Source: Spirochaetia bacterium
GTDB lineage: Bacteria > Spirochaetota > Spirochaetia > CADAEX01
Reading direction: 5' to 3'
Length of the DNA stretch: 64,000 bases
Assembly: GCA_963662265.2 (NCBI GenBank)
Contig: CAXXHA010000001.1
Location: 247,672-311,671 of the forward strand
The notes under the pieces are model-generated. The model worked only from the letters and a program-made list of their open reading frames with translations, did no database searches and was not told the DNA's origin. The position numbers were made by a program, and so were the translations under genes. This document shows positions 58,123 to 64,000 of the stretch, one piece after another (the stretch's first letter is position 1; the number at the start of each line of letters is the position of its first letter).

Positions 58123-59372
58123 TCCACTTTTCCCCCTAAACTTTCAAGATCTTCAAAAAAACCGGGATAGGATTTTGCAACTGCGCCGGAATTGCTGATT
58201 GATATTTTCCCGCCACACCTGAGCGCTGCAGCTGCAAGAGCCATAGCTATCCTGTGATCATTTCTCGAATCAGCTTCACAGGAACTAATCCTTCCCCCCT
58301 TAATCCTCATCACATCATTATCAGATGTTATTTCTATACCTGCTTTTGCAAACTCCTCTGTAAGAGTTTTTTCCCTATCTGATTCCTTATGCTTGAGTCT
58401 TGATACCCCTTTTATTTCGGATATTCCTCTGCATCCAGTGGCAAGGGAAACAAGGGGAGGAAAAAGGTCAGGAGCATCTGTCGCATCGAAATAAAACGGG
58501 TTAAGCTCCCCGCTTCTTCTGATTTCAACTGAATTATCTCTGAAATCAACCATGCATCCTACCTGCCTGATAACATCAATTACTGCCCTGTCAGACTGCC
58601 GGGAATCCTCCCTTAAATTAAAAATTTCCACGCTTCCTGAAAGAGCCGCTGCAACAGCGATAAAAGAAGCTCCTGACCAGTCACCTTCACAAAAGACTCT
58701 CCCCGGGCTTTTATATTTCTGCTTCCCCTTTATGGTGAATTTTTCATAGTTTTCATTGATGACTTTTCCGCCGAAGAGTTCTATCAGCTCTATTGTCATA
58801 TCGATATAGGGCCTGCTCTTAAGGCTGCTTACCCGGATCACTGAATCATCCTCTGCAAGAGGAAGAGAAATCAGAAGACCGGTCAGCAGCTGTGAACTGA
58901 GTGATCCGTCTATCTTTATATCCCCCCCTTTTAGAGGGCCTTTTATCCTTACAGGGGGATATTCACCGTTAAGACCTGCATCAACACCAAGTGAAACAAG
59001 AGCATCCCGGATAATAACTGCAGGCCTTTTTTTAAGTGATCCTTCAGCAACAACTTCATGTTCAATCCCGCTAAGTGCCGCGAGAGGAGAAAACATCCTT
59101 ATCCCCAGTCCCGATTCACCGGGATTCAGTACCCTTTCAGGTCCCCTGTTTCCGGGAACAACTTTAATGGAAGTTCCTGATATCTCAACATCTGAACCAA
59201 GACTTTCTATAATGGAAAGAGCAGACTTCACATCTTCAGAATATGTCGCCTCTTCAATTGTCACTTCCCCGCCGCACAGGTGTGAAAGAGCAATTATCCT
59301 CTGAAGTGCGCTCTTGGAAGCCGGTGCTTTTAACTTGCCTGAGATTTCAGATAAACTCACTGATTTCTTCAT
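58119..59372 (-). CDS. aroA: EPSP synthase
   Basis: PASKS..QR, GESG..IR, SSQ, SRPYIDMT, RLKHKESDR, DHRIAM and KSYPGF motifs. Start at ATG 59372. Confidence 0.95.
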   Translation of the reverse strand: MKKSVSLSEISGKLKAPASKSALQRIIALSHLCGGEVTIEEATYSEDVKSALSIIESLGSDVEISGTSIKVVPGNRGPERVLNPGESGLGIRMFSPLAALSGIEHEVVAEGSLKKRPAVIIRDALVSLGVDAGLNGEYPPVRIKGPLKGGDIKIDGSLSSQLLTGLLISLPLAEDDSVIRVSSLKSRPYIDMTIELIELFGGKVINENYEKFTIKGKQKYKSPGRVFCEGDWSGASFIAVAAALSGSVEIFNLREDSRQSDRAVIDVIRQVGCMVDFRDNSVEIRRSGELNPFYFDATDAPDLFPPLVSLATGCRGISEIKGVSRLKHKESDREKTLTEEFAKAGIEITSDNDVMRIKGGRISSCEADSRNDHRIAMALAAAALRCGGKISISNSGAVAKSYPGFFEDLESLGGKVE

Positions 59373-60744
59373 ATATTCTCCCTGCTGTCTTACCAGCATT
59401 TCTTGTTTCAGAATTTATTATCAGCTCGGAGACTGATCCGTATAAATCTATCCGCATCTTGAACAGGGAGACAGCCTTCTCATACCTCTCTGATGTTTCA
59501 AGAAGTGGGCGGCTGTTATCTGTTATCCTTGAAAGTGAAACTTCTGGTGATGCGAGAAGCCAGACAGGAAGGCTTTTTTCCTTAAGCAGATTCCTTATAC
59601 AGCTGTCGCCGACAACACCGCCTCCGCAGGAAATTATTTTCCTGCTGCCGCCTGACAGAATTTCAGAAAGAACTTCCCTTTCCATATTCCTGAAATACGG
59701 CTCACCTTTATTTTCAAACATTTCACTGATACTCATCCCTGCCCTGTTTTCAATAACTGCATCTGTATCGACAAACTCATAGCCGGTAAGCTCTGCAAGT
59801 TTCCTGCCAGTCGCACTTTTCCCGCTTCCCATGAAACCTATCAGAGATATGCTGCTGAAACAGGGGGAAGATGAAAATATTTCATCAGCTTCTTCGATCA
59901 GCCCGTCACAGCAAGAATCCGGGCAAACCATACCGTTATCCGCAGCATCATTATTTAAGTCCGCTGCCTTGCCGGATTCAGGCATGTTTTTCAGACATGG
60001 TGCATTCCTTTTGAAAATACTGTACGCTGCTTCAGCCTGCCCCAGAAGCCACTCCCTGCCGTCAATATACCTTAACCCCATTTCTTCAGCCGGCTTTTTA
60101 AGCGGGCTGTATTTATAATTGGCATCAAAAAGAACAGCATCTTTCAGCAGTAATTCCGGATTGAAGAATATATCAGCTACCGGAAGTGTATGGATCACCA
60201 GGGAGGCATCCTTTACTGCACTGTTGATATTTTCAAGAGATTCCGCAGTGCAGTTCCTGATTCCCTGAATACTTTTATATGCATTCTCAACTGTCCTGTT
60301 AACCATGACTGTATTGAAACCCATTGATGAAAGAGCATAGCAGGCAGCTCTTCCCGCTCCCCCTGCGCCTATCACAACAGCTTTCAGCCCTGCAGCTTGA
60401 GGGAACCGTCTGGAAACCGCCCCCGACACTCCGACAGGATCTGTGTTATCTGCAGTTATACACCTGCCTGCAAAGCAGAGAGTGTTTGAAGCAGCAAGGA
60501 AATCAGCTGTTCTGCTTTTATTATCCGAGACACTGTATGCGTTATTTTTAAAAGGGGCAGTTACATTAATTCCTGTAAGAGAAATTATCTCTGCGCACTT
60601 TTCAGCTTCCTCAACTGTATCTGCTGCAATTCTCGAATAAAAACCGTCAACCGACATCTTTTCAAATATTCTGTTGAAAATCTGGGGACTCCTGCTGTGC
60701 ATTACCGGCTTGCCTGTTACAGCAAGCCTCATCCTACCATTCAT
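59347..60744 (-). CDS. aroE: Shikimate dehydrogenase - shikimate kinase fusion (AroE-AroK)
   Basis: HSRSP, NVTAPFK, DNTD and GAGGAG (AroE), then GFMGSGKS, DTD, FRNME, GGG and RPLL (AroK). Start at ATG 60744. Confidence 0.92.
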   Translation of the reverse strand: MNGRMRLAVTGKPVMHSRSPQIFNRIFEKMSVDGFYSRIAADTVEEAEKCAEIISLTGINVTAPFKNNAYSVSDNKSRTADFLAASNTLCFAGRCITADNTDPVGVSGAVSRRFPQAAGLKAVVIGAGGAGRAACYALSSMGFNTVMVNRTVENAYKSIQGIRNCTAESLENINSAVKDASLVIHTLPVADIFFNPELLLKDAVLFDANYKYSPLKKPAEEMGLRYIDGREWLLGQAEAAYSIFKRNAPCLKNMPESGKAADLNNDAADNGMVCPDSCCDGLIEEADEIFSSSPCFSSISLIGFMGSGKSATGRKLAELTGYEFVDTDAVIENRAGMSISEMFENKGEPYFRNMEREVLSEILSGGSRKIISCGGGVVGDSCIRNLLKEKSLPVWLLASPEVSLSRITDNSRPLLETSERYEKAVSLFKMRIDLYGSVSELIINSETRNAGKTAGRIYEEISEFI

Positions 60745-61384
60745 CACATAGCCTCTTCTGTTTACCAAGCAGCTCTGAATAAGAAATCTGGCCCGGAGCC
60801 ACAGCCTCACCGTCATCCTGTGACGCATATGTAAAAAGGCTTTTTACAAAAGGAGACAGAGTTCTAATTCTCCCCCCCATGCTTCCCATCCCTGCAATAA
60901 CAATATTGTTCCTGTCTGAAGGGAGGCATAAGAGCCTTTCAATCTCTTCTGAAGATTCTGCCCTGCATGCAATCTTGATTATATCACCACCCAGCAGTTC
61001 TGCTTTTTCAATAATCTCATCAAGAAAAGCAAGTGAGGGAGTTTCATCAAAATTATGATAGGAAACTATCAGCGATGCTCCTGTTTCAGAGACAGCATCA
61101 GCAACTCTTCTTATAAAAGAAGGATCATTGTTTATATCTGCATCTGCATAAGCTGCGCCTGATTCAAGAGCAGCTTTTATCATACAGAGCCTATTATTAT
61201 CAGAAACAGAATCTTTTTTCCTGTATGTTACAATTTTGATTCCGCTGCCTGATGAAAAAACAGACGAAACTGCCTCTTCAGAAATATCTTCAAGATAATC
61301 AAGCCTTATTTCTGTGAACGGGTATCTGCATGCATTATCAGCAGCATTTTTCCATTTCGTCTCACCTACCGATACACAAATCAT
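60734..61384 (-). CDS. aroD: Type I 3-dehydroquinate dehydratase
   Basis: EIRLD, SYHNFDETP, IIKIA, MG..G..R and APGQ motifs. Confidence 0.92.
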   Translation of the reverse strand: MICVSVGETKWKNAADNACRYPFTEIRLDYLEDISEEAVSSVFSSGSGIKIVTYRKKDSVSDNNRLCMIKAALESGAAYADADINNDPSFIRRVADAVSETGASLIVSYHNFDETPSLAFLDEIIEKAELLGGDIIKIACRAESSEEIERLLCLPSDRNNIVIAGMGSMGGRIRTLSPFVKSLFTYASQDDGEAVAPGQISYSELLGKQKRLCDEW

Positions 61385-62419
61385 CAAGAGCCTCCAGAAG
61401 ATCATTTATTTCAATCTTTTCAATTACAGGTCTGCCAATCCCTTTGAGAAAAACAAAGTAGATACTGCTATCTTCCCTCTTCTTGTCATGAAGGATAATT
61501 TCCTTAAGCTGCTTCCTGTCTGCAGTAACTTCATGTTCAGGCAGGATCCTCTTTAAAATGGCAGTAATTCTTTCAGCCTCATTTACAGTAATAAAACCCT
61601 TTTTAACAGAAAACTGGACTGCAAAAATAATCCCTTTAATAACCGCCATTCCGTGGGGTATATTTTCAGCAATCTCTACAGCATGTCCGAGTGTATGCCC
61701 GAGATTTAATAAACGTCTTCTTCCCTGTTCCTTTTCATCATCCGCGACAACAGAAGCCTTGACTTTTATAGAACTTAAAATAAGTTCATCAAGAGATTCT
61801 TTTTCCTTCTCTGCTAATTCAGAAGGAATAAACTCATTTCCTATAACACTTTCCAGAACATTTTCTGCATCATTTCCATCAAGAAAAACATGCTTAACAA
61901 GCTCCCCCATTCCGAAATAATCTCTTTTTCGGGAAGTGTTTTCAGAAGAGATGTGTCTGCAATGACAAATTCAGGCTGGTTTATTGTGCCTATCATATTT
62001 TTTATATTATTGAAATTAATGCCGTTTTTCCCGCCAACCCCTGCATCTACCTGGGACAGGAGTGTTGTTGAGACAAATCCGTATGGAATACCTCTCATGA
62101 ATGTTGAAGCTGCAAATCCGGTAATATCTGAAACTATACCTCCGCCTACACCTATCAGCAGGGTATTTCTGTCAGCAGAAAATGAAATCAGTTTTTCATA
62201 GATATATTCAAGTGTCGGGAGTGTCTTGTTATCTTCCCCTTCACCTATTACTATTTTTTTATAATCTTTAAAAATGCTGCCGTAGAGAGAATAAACTGTA
62301 GTATCTGTAACTATGACTGTATTTCTTCCTGCCGCATAATCTGAAATATTTTTCAGAGACTCACCTACATATATTTCAGATCTGCTGCTGCCTGTATTGA
62401 TTACCAGCTTCTTTTTCAT
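61362..62419 (-). pseudogene. aroB: 3-dehydroquinate synthase split by a 1-bp frameshift near 61912 (possible sequencing error)
   Basis: The N-half (GGG..DITGF, TTLLSQVDAGVGGKNG, KNMIG, LKTLP) and C-half (ELVKH, RRLLNLGHTLGHA, HG.AV, DKK) lie in different frames. Adding one G at TCG-GA restores ISGMGELVKH. Confidence 0.85.
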
Positions 62420-62431
62420 TTCAATATCCTG

Positions 62432-63256
62432 TTATTTCCCTTTTATAATCTGCTCATGGCTTTTCTTGAGCTTTCTTATCTGCGCAGTAAGTATTGCAAA
62501 TTCATCAGGTTTAAGCTGCTGTGCAGCATCAGACAGAGCATTAGCCGGATCAACATGAACTTCAACAAGTATTCCGTCAGCCCCTGCAACAACAGATGCC
62601 ATAGCCATAGGAGCAACAAGACTTAAACGGCCTGTTCCATGTGACGGGTCAACCATGATGGGAAGATGTGTGACTTCCTTAACTGCCGGAACAATACTCA
62701 GATCCAGAGTATTCCTGGTATAGGTTTCAAAAGTCCTGATTCCCCTTTCGCACAGAATAACATCGGGATTACCCTCTGCCAGAATATATTCAGCACAGTT
62801 AATCCATTCAGAAAGAGTCGAGTACATTCCCCTCTTGAGAAGAACAGGTTTTCTTGCGCGGCCTGCTTCCTTTAGAAGCGAGAAGTTCTGCATATTTCTT
62901 GCGCCGATCTGAATAATATCAGCATATTCACATACCCATGAAACATCCCTGGCATCAACAACTTCTGTAACAATAGGAAGACCTGTCTCTCTCCTGGCCT
63001 TGTCGAGTATCTTGAGACCTGTCATTCCCAGCCCCTGGAAATCATAAGGAGAGGTCCGGGGTTTGAAAGCACCCCCTCTAAGCATGTCGCCTCCCCCCTT
63101 TTTTACAGCAATTGCAGTTTTTATTGTCTGCTCTTCTGTTTCAACACTGCAGGGTCCTCCGATAACTACAAAATCCTTACCGATTTCCACATTTCCAACC
63201 TTAATGGTTGTACGTTCTTTTTTTGCATCAATTGAAGCAAGTTTCAGTTTGTTCAT
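62432..63256 (-). CDS. aroF: DAHP synthase, type I-beta, short form
   Basis: [37 protein letters not shown] and DPSH motifs. Confidence 0.95.
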   Translation of the reverse strand: MNKLKLASIDAKKERTTIKVGNVEIGKDFVVIGGPCSVETEEQTIKTAIAVKKGGGDMLRGGAFKPRTSPYDFQGLGMTGLKILDKARRETGLPIVTEVVDARDVSWVCEYADIIQIGARNMQNFSLLKEAGRARKPVLLKRGMYSTLSEWINCAEYILAEGNPDVILCERGIRTFETYTRNTLDLSIVPAVKEVTHLPIMVDPSHGTGRLSLVAPMAMASVVAGADGILVEVHVDPANALSDAAQQLKPDEFAILTAQIRKLKKSHEQIIKGK

Positions 63257-63464
63257 TTTCTCTCTCCTGGCAGCCGGCCTCTTTCTATTGCTTATTATAA
63301 AACAAGCTGTTAATAATCAGGCCGGTATTATTCACTCCGCTAAGCGGTCATTTCCTTAATTACAGCAGTCGGTTTCAACACCGGCTATCCGCATACTATT
63401 TTACACACATACAGGGTCTGCAGCCCTCACATCCTTCGGGACAGGTGACTTACATCCTGTAAGT

Positions 63465-63501
63465 AAAAAAAAAGAGCCGTGATCCCTAGATCACGGCTCT
63501 T
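63465..63501 (-). terminator. Attenuator terminator of the aro operon
   Basis: mRNA AAGAGCCGUGAUC-uagg-GAUCACGGCUC-U9, about 25 nt after the leader-peptide stop. Confidence 0.9.
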
Positions 63502-63525
63502 ATATTATTCCTGTGACTTCAGGTT

Positions 63526-63591
63526 TCAAATATCGCGAGTTCCGTAAAAAAAATAAAAATAAAAGCTGTTAGTTCTGCTTACTGCATTCAT
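63526..63591 (-). CDS. Phe/Tyr-rich attenuator leader peptide MNAVSRTNSFYFYFFYGTRDI
   Basis: Manual translation: 21 aa with 7 consecutive Phe/Tyr codons, directly upstream of a terminator and the aroF...pheA-tyrA operon. Confidence 0.85.
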   Translation of the reverse strand: MNAVSRTNSFYFYFFYGTRDI

Positions 63592-63975
63592 AATATATGT
63601 AATTTTCTCCAAATGTAAAACTATCTCTTTAGTTAATGATTAATTAGTACTTTTATAATTTTTTGTCAATAGATATTATTCATTTTTCAGGTGTTTCTTT
63701 GCAAAAGAACACAATTATACCGTATTCAAGCAGCAAAACAGAATATATTTCAATTTTATGATAACCAATGACTTTAAATTATACAGCTTTATATATTATC
63801 CAATGTCTGAATATCTATTTATTATATCACTGTTTTCACAGAATATTAACATACATATTAAAATGTTCCGGAGTTTTAGATGTTAACTGCCATGTTTTTT
63901 TAAACATTTTTTATTGTATTCTGAATATATTTGTTTTATCTTATATATAACGAACTATTTTTATAGGAAAATATT

Positions 63976-64000
63976 ATGAAGAAAAAAGAAACAGGAACTC
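63976..64000 (+). CDS. Possible start of a gene running off the window (MKKKETGT...)
   Basis: AGGA RBS-like sequence then ATG; only 8 codons visible. Confidence 0.3.

Noticed and set aside
63768-63950. 60-aa ORF in the ORF track
   Set aside because: Very AT-rich promoter-like DNA, no RBS, and a composition typical of a spurious ORF.
1-64000. tRNA, rRNA, prophage, transposase or defence-system genes
   Set aside because: None was recognised in the ORFs or intergenic regions, though very divergent small RNAs could be missed by eye.

Overview
About 64 kb of an AT-rich (roughly 38% GC by eye) anaerobic bacterial chromosome. The gene styles (MCPs, lipoproteins, outer-membrane proteins, TTTTAGAGGT-CCC repeat ends) suggest a free-living spirochaete, but that is inference. 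In order, the window holds: a 2-oxoacid:ferredoxin oxidoreductase / ADP-forming acyl-CoA synthetase / solute-symporter operon with a divergent MFS transporter; a hfsA-hydS-phosphatase-hydCBA [FeFe]-hydrogenase operon; an MCP; nfeD-floA; signalling genes; a divergent rex; an FMN-riboswitch-controlled rib operon; nadC-nadA-nadB; assorted housekeeping and envelope genes; and a shikimate/Phe/Tyr operon with a frameshifted aroB. I saw no rRNA, tRNA, CRISPR array or intact transposase. The most interesting signals are non-coding. (1) A 2 x 76-nt tandem structured leader fills the nadCAB 5' UTR, all six of its copy differences keep the predicted fold, and it has a built-in anti-SD register switch (candidate NAD-pathway riboswitch). 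(2) A covarying 34-35-nt hairpin sits at an identical distance from the SD and AUG of two unrelated internal genes (hydC, floA). (3) An FYFYFFY leader-peptide attenuator precedes the aro operon. (4) Paired TATCGATA boxes bracket both the rex and hydrogenase promoters. All calls come from reading the sequence; no database searches or folding programs were run.
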